Below are positions 50,160 to 64,000 of a DNA stretch of 64,000 nt, one piece after another. The first letter of the stretch is position 1. Each line of letters begins with the position of its first letter. The notes beneath the pieces are model-generated. The model worked only from the letters and a program-made list of their open reading frames with translations, made no database searches and was not told the origin of the DNA. Origin of the DNA: the human T2T-CHM13v2.0 reference genome, Homo sapiens; assembly GCF_009914755.1 (NCBI RefSeq), contig NC_060925.1. The stretch is one strand, 5' to 3'. The translations under genes and the position numbers were made by a program.

Positions 50160-52050
50160 CACTGGGGAAATGTTCCAGGGTATTGATCTGGGCAAAGACC
50201 TCAAAGCACAGACAACAAAAGCAAAAACAGACAAATGGAATTACATCAAACTAAAAAGTATATGCACAGCAAAGGAAACAACAAAGCAAAGAGACAACAC
50301 ACAGAATGGGAGAAAATATTTGCAAACTATCCATTTGATGAGGGACTAATGACTAGAATATATTAGGAGCTCAATAGCAAGAAAACAATCAGATTTAAAA
50401 GTGGGCAAAAGATCTGAATAGACATTTCTGAAGAGATACAAATGGCCAAGAGATATGAAAAAGGGCTCAATGTCACTAATCAGAGAAATGCAAATAAAGA
50501 CAGTAAGATATCATCTCATCCCAGTTAAAATGGCCTTTATCAAAAAGGGAATAACATGCTGAGATGGATGTGAAGAAGGAACCTCATACACTGTTGGCGA
50601 GCATCTCAATTAGTGCAGCCACTATGGAAAACAATATGGAATCCTCAGAAGATTAACTTCTGAGAAATCATAAGTTCTGGAATCATAACTACCATATGAT
50701 CCAGCAATCCCACTACCGGTATATACCAAAAAGAAAGGAAGGGCCAGGCACGGTAGCTCACGCCTATAATCCCAGCACTTTGGGAGGCCGAGGCAGGCAG
50801 ATCACTTGGGGTCAGGAGTTCAAGACCAGCCTGGCCAACATAGTAAAACCCTGTCTCTACTAAAAATACAAAAATTAGCCAGGCATGGTGGCACACACCT
50901 GTAGTCTCAGCTACTCGAAAGACTGAGGCACGAGAATTGTTTCAACACAGAGGCAGAGGTTGCAGTGAGCCAAGATGGTGCCACTGCACTTCAGGCTAGG
51001 CGACAGAGCAAGATGGAGTCTCAAAAAAAAAAAAAAAGAAAGAAAATCAATATATCAAAGAGATATTTGCACTCCTATGCTTATTGTAGCACTGTTCACA
51101 ACAGTCAAAATATGGAATCAACCAAAATGTTCATCAATGGATGACTGGATAAATAAAATGTAAATATACACAATGAATACTATTCAGCCATAAAAAATAA
51201 TAAAATCCTATTTGCAACAACATTGATGGAACTGGAGGTCATTATGTTAAGTGAAACAAGCCAGGCAAAGAAAGACAAGCATCACATGATTTCACTCATA
51301 AATGGGAAGTTGAAAAGTGGATATCATGAAGATAAGTTGGTGGTTACCAGAGGCCAGGAAGGGTAGCCAGGAGAAGGGGATGAACAGGGTGATTAATAGG
51401 TACAAAAATTGGTAGAAGTGCTGGGCAAGGTGTCAAGAGCCCCAGCATCAGAAAGTGGTCGACTTGCTGGTTGGTAAGAAGAATTTATCGACAACAATAT
51501 AGGTTTGAAAAAGGAAAGTTTTATTAGAACGCTGCAGAAGAGTGCAGCCTCAGCAAGAGAGAACTGAGCATGCCGCGGTGGATTTTTCATGTCCCTTTTC
51601 GAATGTCTCATTTTTTGCAAATTCAATCCAAGTTGCGTTCATTTAGCCAGGATCCTTCTAAGCTCATTCAAGAATTTTGGGCTTTAACTATTTCCTTTGA
51701 TTTAACCTGGTACCAGGTGCCAACTTTAGATAATAGGGATATCTAATTACTTCTAAATTCCTCAGATAAGGGGCCTGCTTGATGGTCACCAGGTGATCTG
51801 TGCTCTCCTTAAGAGGGAATAAGACCTAGCGTTGGCAGAGTTCTGTAGGGTGACTATAGTTAACAGTAATCTGTTGTATATTTTAAAATGTTATTATTGA
51901 AGAGAGTAACTGGAATGTTCCCAGTATAAAGACAAATGTTTAAGGTGATAGAGATCTCATTTACCCTGATTTAATCATTACACATTATATGAAAGTATCA
52001 AAATACCACATGTACCCAGAAAACACATACGTCTCTTACATATCAATAAA
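50160..52050 (+). mobile_element. L1MA-like 3' fragment upstream of PARK7
   Basis: ACATCAAACTAAAAAG, CCATATGATCCAGCAATCCCACT, GATGGAACTGGAGGTCATTATGTTAAGTGAA motifs. Confidence 0.8.
51419..51815 (-). mobile_element. LTR fragment (MER84-like, uncertain) nested in L1MA
   Basis: Interrupts otherwise continuous L1 3'UTR sequence; minus-strand CACCTGGTGACCATCAAGCAGGCC and AATAAA resemble an ERV LTR. Confidence 0.5.
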
Positions 52051-52199
52051 TACAACTTGAGATTATGATGTAAATACATCTGACCAACTTGGTACTTATT
52101 AGACTTATGTGCGCAGCACTGCTCTAGTCCTGTGGGTGCAGCAGCATCAGGATCGTTAAAGAAAACAAACAATGCTGAGAAAAAAACTCACACCCCTGA

Positions 52200-53130
52200 G
52201 ACATCCGGGTGTGAATAAATGCGGCAGAGTCGCCCGAGATCGGGAGACCAGGCGTGGGGGAGAGGTCCGGGAGGCCTGGACCAGAGTCCTAACAGACCAG
52301 AGGCGAAACGGGAAGGCGCGCCAGAAAAGGAACAACGCAAAGGGAGCAGGCGTGCACGGAGCGCGAACTAAGGAACCCCTCTGACAACCCCAGTCCCTCG
52401 GCAGTTCCAGAGACCGGCTCCTCACGGAGGGTGGCGGTAGAGACTGTTAAGCCCCGCGGGCGCCGGGGCAGGCCGGACTGTGCCATTCGTGGGGGGTACC
52501 ATGTGGGACCGAGCCGCCTCACCCAGGGCTGTCCAGCTAGAAACTCCCCGGTGCCACCCCCGCCTCAGTCCGAGGTAGACTCGGCCGGACGTGACGCAGC
52601 GTGAGGCCAAGGCGGCGTGAGTCTGCGCAGTGTGGGGCTGAGGAAGGCCGGACGGCGCGCGTGCGTGCTGGCGTGCGTTCACTTTCAGCCTGGTGTGGGG
52701 TGAGTGGTACCCAACGGGCCGGGGCGCCGCGTCCGCAGGAAGAGGCGCGGGGTGCAGGTCAGCGCCAGCGGGGGCGCGGCGCATGTGTGGGCCGTGGCGC
52801 TGGGCGGCGTGGGGGTGCTGGACGGTGTCCCGCTGGCTCAGAACCGGCGCGGGGCCTGTGTCGGGGCCGCCCTCGCTTCCGGCCTCCCAGTCGGGCCCTG
52901 TCGCTGGCGTTGGATTTGACTGACCGCCAGCGTGGTGGCAACGCTGAAGCGTCCAGAATCTTCTGCCTAACCTCTCGCCGGCATGGAACTGGCTAGCCGT
53001 TTTATTAAACTCTGTTTTGCGTGGACGGTAAACCCTCCAGATAATCTGTAAATAGGCTAAAAAAAATTCGGAACCTCGTTGATCTGCTGTCGTTGGCAGT
53101 GAGAACTCCGCGCAGAGAGACAGATGTAGT
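52200..53130 (+). promoter_or_regulatory. PARK7: PARK7 main CpG-island promoter
   Basis: Dense CpG; GC box CCCCGCC near 52558-52564; no obvious TATA box; lies directly before non-coding exon 1. Confidence 0.92.
52618..52757 (+). other. PARK7: PARK7 non-coding exon 1 with alternative donors (1A ends 52699, 1B ends 52757); TSS approximate
   Basis: GGG|GTGAGT at 52700 and CAG|GTCAGC at 52758, 58 nt apart, matching the two recalled PARK7 5'UTR isoforms. Confidence 0.88.
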
Positions 53131-53714
53131 TGGGTTGACTTCAGTGAGGGGATTTCCATCTTTCTCAGTCATTAAAAAAAGTGTTCAGACATTTAACACT
53201 GTTGACCCCCACACACAATTTTTTAGTACAGTTATAACTAAGAAAACAAAAATCCCCTCCAAAAAATTACAAGTTAATTGCGAAAGACCACATTTAAATT
53301 TTTGCCCATGAAATTCAGTTTAGTCGTTTCTCTGAAACAGTGCTTCAAAAAAGACTGTTTCCCCGCATTGTGTGAAATGCAGGAGACCCACGTACTTGTA
53401 TTTTTAAAAAACCCATTTGCAACATACTATTAAAGTTGGATTTAAGAGAACATGGTAGAAGAAAATCTAAGCAATACTACACCTTTTAGCACCCTCATTA
53501 TGTTTTCATCTCAGAGCAATTAAAACTGCTATACAAATCAACGTTAAGATAACTAAACTGCTGCTTTTTTCGTATTCAGTTGTCTATGAAAACCGTTTCC
53601 CTAGGAAGTACTTACTCTGCTTGAAAATGCTCCTAAACTTTAAATTTTGGGGTATCTCGGTTGCAATGAAAGTTTTTTGAAATCTTTTTTTTTTTTTTTT
53701 TTTAAGGCTTGTAA

Positions 53715-53882
<168 letters not shown>

Positions 53883-54292
53883 TGAATAAAATATTCAAAG
53901 TGCTCTATGAAATATTTCAAATATACACAAAATTTCAGAGATGACATAAGAATAAATACCTGTTGATCCACTGCTCACATTTAACGCTTGTTAATGTCTT
54001 GCCATATTTCCTTCAGACCCATTTCTCTTTTGTTTTGAGCTCTGTCGTCCAGGCTGGAGTGCGATGGCAGGATCTTGGCTCATTTCGGTCTCTGCCTCCT
54101 GGGCCCAAACCATCTTCCCACCTCAGCCTCCCAAATAGCTGAGACTACAGATGCGTGCCACCACACCTGGCTAATTTTTGTATGTTTTGTAGAGACAGGG
54201 TTTTGCCATGTTGCCCAGGCTGCTCTCCAACTCCTGAGCTCAAGTTGTCCACCCGCCTCAGGCCTCCCAAAGTGTTAGGACTACAGGCGTGA

Positions 54293-54634
<342 letters not shown>

Positions 54635-56266
54635 TAAAGAGCAGATGCTTCAAAGAAATACATTTGAAGCCCCCTTTGTAAATTTCTCCAATCCTATGCC
54701 CCTTCTTCCTTCCTTAAAGATAAGTGCTATCCTCGCACTCTTGTGTATCCATGCATGTGTGTCTTTTTTTTTTTTTTAAGACAGAGTCTTGCTCTGTCAC
54801 CCAGGCTGGAGTGCAGTGGTGTGACCTCAGCTCACTGCAACTTCTGCCTCCTGGGTTCAAGCAGTTCTCTGCCTCAGCCTCCCAAGTAGCTGGGATTACA
54901 GGTGCGCACCACCATGCCTGGCTAATTTTTTGTATTTTTAGTAGATGGGGTTTCACCATCTTGGCCAGGCTGGTCTTGAACTCTTGACCTCGTGATCCAC
55001 CCACCTCGGCCTCCCAAAGTGCTGTGATTACAGATGTGAGCTACTGCACCCGCCCCCACGCATGTCTTTAAGGTAGCATTTGACCGTGGTTCTCATTTTG
55101 CGTGTTTATATATTATCTCTCTCTATCTAAAAATAGTGAACAGTGAAGTGAAGTAGAACTAACTCTGTGCCAGGCAGCATTCTAAGTGCCGATAAACCTT
55201 ACAACAATGTCGTGAGTTAGATATCACCATCCTCATTTTACAGTTGAAGAAACTGAGGCACAGAGACATAAATAATGTACCCACATCACGTAGTAAGTAC
55301 AAAAGCCAGAACTCAGACCCAGGCAGCCTGGCCCCAGAGTCTGTTAACCCTATACTCCTCTGGTTCTCAGAAATGAAGATACATGTCGATTAAGTTTATC
55401 CACTTAAAATTGCTGCTTGGTGTTGCACTGAATGCCACAATCTACCCATTCCTCTAATTACAGCATTACAATTCTGTAATACGTATTCTTGTGTAGGTTT
55501 CTTTGTGCAAATGTGAGGAAATTTTTCCAGGTTATATATCTAAAAGTAGAATGACTAGGCCGAAGGATAGCCCGTAGTCAGCATGACTAGGTTTTGCCAA
55601 GTTGCTCTCCAGTGTCCCAGTTTGTAGTCCCACCAGCAGTGTAGGAAAATTCCCACTTTCCCAGTGCCAGCTCTTGGTATTGTTGACTTTAAAAATTTTT
55701 GAAAGATAAAGCAGTATTTCGTTGTTTGGACTTGCATTTCTATTTTACAAAAATACCATGAGGTTTAAATGGCAACAGTAAACTTGCAAGATGAGTTATT
55801 AATAGGATGATCATATAACTGGTCACCCAAACCAGAACATTTGTGGGAGAAAGGGTGTTCCAGTCCCACAGAGTACAGGGCAGCAGCTATAAGTAGGGTC
55901 TGTCCCGGGCAAACCAGGGTAGACCTAGTTATTAAATATATTTAGCCAGTGTATTAGCTTAAATTTGGTATAGTTGTGGTGCAGTATTTCCTGTCATGTT
56001 ACTTTCAAACACAGGGCAGCTGTGTAAACGTTACTCTAGCTGGGTGTGGTGGCTCATGTCTGTAATCCCAGCTACTTGGGAGGCTGAAGCAGGAGGATCA
56101 TTTGAGCCCAGGAGCTGGAGGCTGCAGTAAGCTATGATTGTGTCACTGCCCTCTAGCTCAGGTGACAGGGTGAGACCCCATCTCTCTTTTTTCTTTTTTT
56201 TTAAAGACAGTGTTACTCTGAATTTATGTTTCAGTGTTCTTAAATATGATAACATCTTTCTCGTAG

Positions 56267-56428
<162 letters not shown>

Positions 56429-56771
56429 TAAGAGTGTTGTTAGCACAGACTCATTTTAGAAAATTATTTTGCTTGAATGTCTTCCCCTGACAGATTAAGA
56501 GGGTGAGGACTTTGTCTTTCTATTCTGTATCTGTAGAATGTGGCAATTGCTTGATACAGAATGTGCTTAGTAAGTGGGTGGCTGGATGGGTAGGTGGCCG
56601 GTTGGATGTGTGGCCAGATGGGTGGGTTGGTGCTTAGATGGATGGCTGCATTGTTTTCCCATCAGTATTTTTCTGGCTTACACAGGCATCCTTGCCTCCT
56701 ATTACACATTTTTACCTGACATAAATCAACTGCCACATTTTCCATTTTTTATTATTATTATTTTTGTTTAG

Positions 56772-57023
<252 letters not shown>

Positions 57024-57739
57024 TAGCATCCCTTTCCTCAGAAACATGCTCCCCCACAGGCGCTTTTGCACACTCCGTCGTGCGGTCAGCGTGACAGGAG
57101 TGTGGACTGTACCCTCTGACAGCAGGGTCATGGCAGGAAAGGAGGCAGAGTCGGCTCACAGATGGCTGGTTGCACACTGCTGAGGAACCTGGAGTGCGGT
57201 TCCCTGGGCCGAGCTGTCCTCAGATACATAGGAAAAAGTTTAATCCTTTCTAATAAGTTTAGATTTTTCATTACTGGATTGTAGAAAATTAGACTGTTGG
57301 TATTTACATGTGATTTGTTGAAACAAATTAAAAATGACAAGCAGAAGTAAGTATTCCAGGCCAAGTGCAGTGGCTCACCTGTAATCCCAGCACTTTTGGA
57401 GGCCAAAGTGGGAGGATCACTTGGGACCAGGAGTTTGAGACCAGCCTGGGCAACATAGCGAGACCGTTTCTCTTTAAATTAAAAATTTGTAAAAGCCAGG
57501 TGTGGTGGTGCATGCCTGTAGTTCTAGCTACTTAAGAGGCTGAGGCAAGAGGATCACTTGAGCCTAGACGGTTGCTTGAGCCCAGGAATTTGAGACAGCA
57601 GTGAACTGTGATTGTGCCATTGCCCTTCAGCCTGGGTGACAGAGCGAGACCCTGTCTCAAAAATAATAATAATACTTTTTTTCATCTCTGTTTGTGTTTT
57701 TGTCATATGATGTCTGGGCATTTTAAAACAGTGGTTACC

Positions 57740-58425
57740 TTTATTTTCAATCGACAGATAATAAGTGTACATATTCATGGGATTTGTGATGTTTCCATGC
57801 ATAATATATAGTGATCGGATCAGAGTAATTAGCATATCCATCATCTCAAACATTTCTTTGTGTTGGGAACGTTCAATATCCTCCTTGCTATTTGAAACTA
57901 TATATGATTGTTAACTATAGTCATTCTACGGGGGTATAGAACACCAGAACCTATTCCTCCTATCTAGCTATAATTTTGTATCTTTTAACAAATCTCTCCC
58001 TATCCCCACTTTCTCCTATCCTCCCCAGCCTCTAGTATCCTCTGTCCTACATTATGCTTCTATGTGATCAATTTTTTTTTAGCTTTCACATATGAGTGAG
58101 AACATGGAGTGTTTAATTTGCTATTCCTGGCTTCTTTCACTTAATATAATGTTCTCTAGTTCCATTCTTGTAGCCACAAATGACAAGATTTCATTCTTTT
58201 TTATGGCTGGATAGTATCCCATTGTGTATAAATGCCACATTTTCTTTATGCATTCATCTGTTGTTGGACCTAGGTTGATTTCGTATGTTGGCTAGTGTGA
58301 CTGTTGGTGTAGTAAACAAGGGAGTGCAGGTGTCTCTTCAGTATACTGATTTCCTTTCCATTGGATACATGCCAAGTAGTGGGATTGCTGGACCATATGG
58401 TAGTTCCATTTACTGTAGTTTTTTA
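57740..58425 (-). mobile_element. L1MA-like 3' end, antisense, in PARK7 intron 3
   Basis: CACATATGAGTGAGAACATG, GGGATTGCTGGACCATATGGTAGTTC motifs. Confidence 0.8.
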
Positions 58426-59359
58426 AGGAAGTGGTTACCTTTTGTGTGTTTTTATTTTTCAGTGCAGATTCTAAAAGGAGTAAAATAAATTCTATACTTT
58501 ACACATTTTCTTTTGAGTTTTGAGCTTTGCTTGGTTTTGAATCAACGGTAGGATGTTTATGGTCTTAAAAGTGATTCTAAGCCAGCCACAGTGGTTCACA
58601 CCTGAAATCCTAGCACTTTGTGAGGCTGAGGCAGGAGGATTACCTGAGCCCAGGAGTTTTGAGACTAGCCTGGGCAATGAAGCGAGACCCTGTCTCTACA
58701 AAAATAAAAAAACTTAGCTGGCTGTGGTGGTGCATGCCTGTAGTCCTAGCTCCTGCAGAGGCTGAAGTGGGAGAGTTGCTTGAGCCCAGGAGTTCAAGGC
58801 TGTAGTGAGCCACGATTGCATCACTGCACTCTAGCCTGGGTGACAGAGGTGAGGGCTTCTCTCTAAAAAAATTTTATAGGTTGCACTAAATACATAATAC
58901 ATTTTTATTTTGTAATTTGTTTAATGACTAGATTTTTTTTAACCACTTTTTAAAGTACTAAAGTATTGTTGGCCGGCCACAGTGGTTCACGCCTGTAATC
59001 CCAGCACTTTGGGAGGCCGAGATGGGTGTATCACGAGGTCAGGAGTTTGAGACCAGCCTGGTCAAGAGGGTGAAACCCCATCTTTACTAAAAATACACAG
59101 ATTAGCCGGGCACAGTGGTGGGTACCTGTAATCCCAGTTGCTTGGGAGGCTGAGGCAGGAGAATCGCTTGAATCCGGGAGACGGAAGTTGCAGTGAGCTG
59201 AGATCACTGCACTCTAACCTGGGTGACAGAGCAAGACTCTGTCTCAAAAAAAAAAAAAAAGAAAAGAAAAATAAATAAATAAATAAAAAGTCCTAAAGTA
59301 TTGTTAAAACAATTTCCGTTTTGTAATTTCAGGAAGTTTGAAATTAATTTGATTTCTAG

Positions 59360-59695
<336 letters not shown>

Positions 59696-60244
59696 TAATC
59701 TTCCTGCCTTGGCCTCCCAAAGTGCTGGGATTACAGACATGAGCCACTGTGCCCAGCCTGTTTTTCTATTAATTTTTTAAGTTGTTCATGTACATTCTTG
59801 TTGAACAATAAGTCAAACAATATAGACACATATAAAGTCAAAATGTTAAATGTCCTGTTCTCATTCTCCCTCTGCCCCATCCCACACTACTCCCATTAGC
59901 AACTAGAGTGTCTTCCTTTGTCTGTGACTACCTGTATACAGAATATGTGGGGTGGGGTGCTTGTGGTGATTGTACACATACACGCATACATCTACACACA
60001 AATACATATATCCTTGTCTTTTACAGGAAGGAGATTATACTACCCCTGCTACTCTGCAGCGTGGACATCCTTGCATGTCACTACATACAGGTTTTCTGCA
60101 TTTTTTGCTAGTTAAAACACCATTCCGTCATGTGGATACACCTTAATTTATTTAACTGTTCTATTGGCAGATAGGCTATCTCCTGTACTTCCCACATTTA
60201 AAATAGGAAAGTATTATTGGACTGTCAATTTAATGCACAGTTGA

Positions 60245-60478
<234 letters not shown>

Positions 60479-60984
60479 TAGAAACAACTAAAATTAACAA
60501 AATGGTGTTATAGCATTAACTCAAACTTTTTTTTTTTTGAGACAGAGTCTTGCTCTGTGGCCCAGGCTGGAGTGCAGTGGCACAATCTCGGCTCACTGCA
60601 ATCTCCGCCTCCTGGGTTCAAGCAGTTCTCCTGCCTCAGCCTCTGAGTAGCTGGGATTGCAGGCATGCACCCCCATGCCCAGCTAATTTTTATATTTTTA
60701 TTAGAGACGGGGTTTCACCATGTTGGCCAGTCTGGTCTCAAACTCCTGACCTCGTGATCCGCCCACCTCGGCCTCCCAAAGTGCTGGAATTATAGGCGTG
60801 AGCCACCACTCCCGACCTCAAGAAAACATTTTTAATATTTTCTATGGAGGTCAGGTGCAGTGGCTCAACGTCTATAATCCCAGTGGTTTGGGAGGCTGAG
60901 ACAGGAGGATTGCTTGAGGCCAGGAGTTTGAGACCAGCCTAAGTAACACATCGAGACGCCATCTCTACAAAAAATTTTCTTTTA

Positions 60985-61287
<303 letters not shown>

Positions 61288-61833
61288 CTACTCAAAGTCT
61301 TAACTGGGGGAAGCTGTGGGGCTAGGGCTGCCAGCAGGAATGGCAAATGCCATCAGCAGAGACCATTGTTCCTCATTTTAAGTCGTATGTGAGGAGTCAG
61401 AGGCCAGGGTGAGGGGCACACCTGCAGGCAGAGTTGGGGCTGCCAGAAGTAAGAAGTGGGTTGTGTCAGACACAAGGGATCTTTTCCTGCTAGATTCTGT
61501 TCCTCTCTCTGCCATCTGAAAACACCCAAAACACCACATTCCCTCCCATTTCTTTCTCCCTGGAGTACAAAATGGCAAGGGTCAAATTGCTTCTTCTGAT
61601 CTTTAAATGTGGAAGAGTGCGTTTCTCTTATGAGAAATGCCTTGCTTGGGTTTAAGAATATAATATAGACACATTTTGATCATTTTTATACCAATGATTT
61701 AGAAATATTGTTGGAAAATAGGTCAGAGAGCTTGTGGTTTAAACTAAAATTAAATTCTTCCAAAGTTTCCTAGTGAGTGATTGGTTAGTGGCTTAATGAT
61801 AACTTTATGTATTTTTGGTTTTCTTTTCACTAG

Positions 61834-61950
<117 letters not shown>

Positions 61951-62589
61951 TAGCCTTTCATTCGATGGTTTGATTCCAAATAGCTCTTCCCCTTCATAAA
62001 GCATGCAGGGCATCTGTGTTGGTGTATTTAGTTTGGGTGGCATGAAGTTGGTGTCATTTCAGAGATGAGGACAATTGTTCTGTTTTCTGCCTCTCCATGC
62101 CTTTGGTCTACATGCTGTGAAACTTAGTGTTTTCCGTGTTTGGTTGACCTCGGAGGAAAATAAGGCCCTCTGGAATTCAGTAAACAGCTTGTTACAGCAA
62201 GTCTCTGTGCCAGAAAGTCTTTGTGCCAGCACACAATCAGCAAAATCCATCAAACATCAACACAGCAGCTCTGTCCTGTGCTTGCCCTGCAAATTCAGAA
62301 GCCCCCATGGTGCTTTCCGCTGGCTTCTCGGGCGTTTCTGATTGTCTCAGTACCGAGTGATCTTGGGCACCGCATTATCTGCCACATAATTTAGAACAAG
62401 GACATTTGGTGCTTCGCAGATGTCCTCTTCTCTTTGTACCTTAGTAATATTTTATTTTCTCATAACCATTTTAAGATCCATTCTTGTTGCTTTCCTATCA
62501 GATGATGTTCTGCCATTTTGGTTTTTTCCCATGCTGTAATTTTTGCCAGCACCTTCCTTGTTGTATAGGTCTTCATTAAATATTTGTCA

Positions 62590-62908
<319 letters not shown>

Positions 62909-63513
62909 TCAGAAGAGTGAATGAATAAACGAATGAATGAGTGGATGGTTTGGTAAACATCAACATCAAAACATGTTGCTGTTGCTATTTTGTTCAATAC
63001 AGTAGGCTTTTCAAAAGAAGTTATGGGCCAGAGGTCCTGGGGACTTGATACATTCGAGTATCAGTGGTTCTCAATGTTCTTTTGGTGCACTTGCAAGGTC
63101 AAAGCAGATGCTACTGAGGGGCCAGGTGTGGTGGCTCATGCCTGTAATCTCAGCATTTTGGGAGGCCAAGGCAGAAGGATCTCTTGAAAGCCAGGAGTTT
63201 GAGACTAACCTTGGCAACATAGCCAGACCCCCATCTCAACAAACAAACAAACAAAAAATTAGCCAAGCACAGTACTGCATGCATGTAGTCCCAGCTACTC
63301 AGGAGGCTGAGATGGGAGGATCGCTTGAAGGCAAGAGTTAGAGGCTGCAGTGAGCTATGATTGCACTCCAGCCTGGGCAGCAGAGTGACACCATGTCTTT
63401 CAAACAAAATGTTATTCGCCTTTTTTCTTCTCAGTCTTTCAGGAGTGACATCAGAGTAGGATGATACCATCATCTGAGAATTTATTATTGTGTTTTAAAA
63501 ATTTCCCAGTTTT

Positions 63514-63560
63514 ATTAGGTTGATGTAAAAGTAATTGTGGTTTTTGCCATTAAAAGTAAT
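63514..63560. mobile_element. MADE1 mariner MITE (left half), interrupted by an Alu
   Basis: TA|TTAGGTTGATGTAAAAGTAATTGTGGTTTTTGCCATTAAAAGTAAT; AAAAGTAAT recurs at the window end after the Alu tail. Confidence 0.8.
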
Positions 63561-63883
63561 TGGCGTGGCACAGTGGCGCATGCCTGTAATCTCAGCACTT
63601 TGGGAAGCTGAGGTGGGCAGATCGTTTGAGGTCAGGAGTTCAAAACCAGCCTGGCAAACGTGGTGAAATCCCGTTTCTACTAAAAATACAAAAGTTAGCT
63701 GGGCATGGTGGTGCACGCCTGTAATCCCAGCTACTCGGGAGGCTGAGGTGGGAGGATCACTTGAGGTCAGGAGTTCGAAACCAGCCTGGCTAACATGGTG
63801 GAACCCCGTCTCTACTAAAAATACAAAAGTTAGCTGGGCAGTTAGCTGGGTATGGTGATGCATTCCTGTAATCCCAGCTATCA

Positions 63884-63985
<102 letters not shown>

Positions 63986-64000
63986 TCAAAAAAAAGTAAT

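Noticed and set aside
52156-53159. 245-aa minus ORF and others over the PARK7 promoter
   Set aside because: Stop-codon depletion in a CpG island; no coding signature, and the true CDS starts at 53730.

Overview
Human genomic DNA at the TNFRSF9-PARK7 locus (1p36.23 from recall), about half interspersed repeats with roughly 70 Alu copies. The complete TNFRSF9 (4-1BB/CD137) gene lies on the minus strand: 7 coding exons totalling 768 nt (255 aa + stop), all GT-AG, plus two non-coding 5' exons and a roughly 5 kb Alu-rich 3'UTR. The 5' part of PARK7 (DJ-1) lies on the plus strand: CpG-island exon 1 and coding exons 2-5, codons 1-107 including Cys106. Between the divergent genes are a TSD-flanked SVA with a shortened SINE-R and a second CpG-island promoter at about 45.2 kb. 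The PARK7 5' region appears to be a non-GRCh38 haplotype (single copy of the 18-bp intron-1 unit). I found no novel protein-coding system: nearly all other ORFs in the track are Alu, SVA, L1 or low-complexity artefacts. The most unusual item is a tRNA-Glu-derived sequence fused head-to-tail to an Alu inside one shared target-site duplication (20817-21224), a candidate chimeric retrocopy or Pol III unit. Other leads: repeated reuse of the same L1 target sites, an Alu pair matching the recalled 14 kb PARK7 deletion, uORFs that depend on promoter choice, and a Roquin CDE-like hairpin in TNFRSF9. Repeat boundaries are approximate, and subfamily names and variant IDs are from memory.
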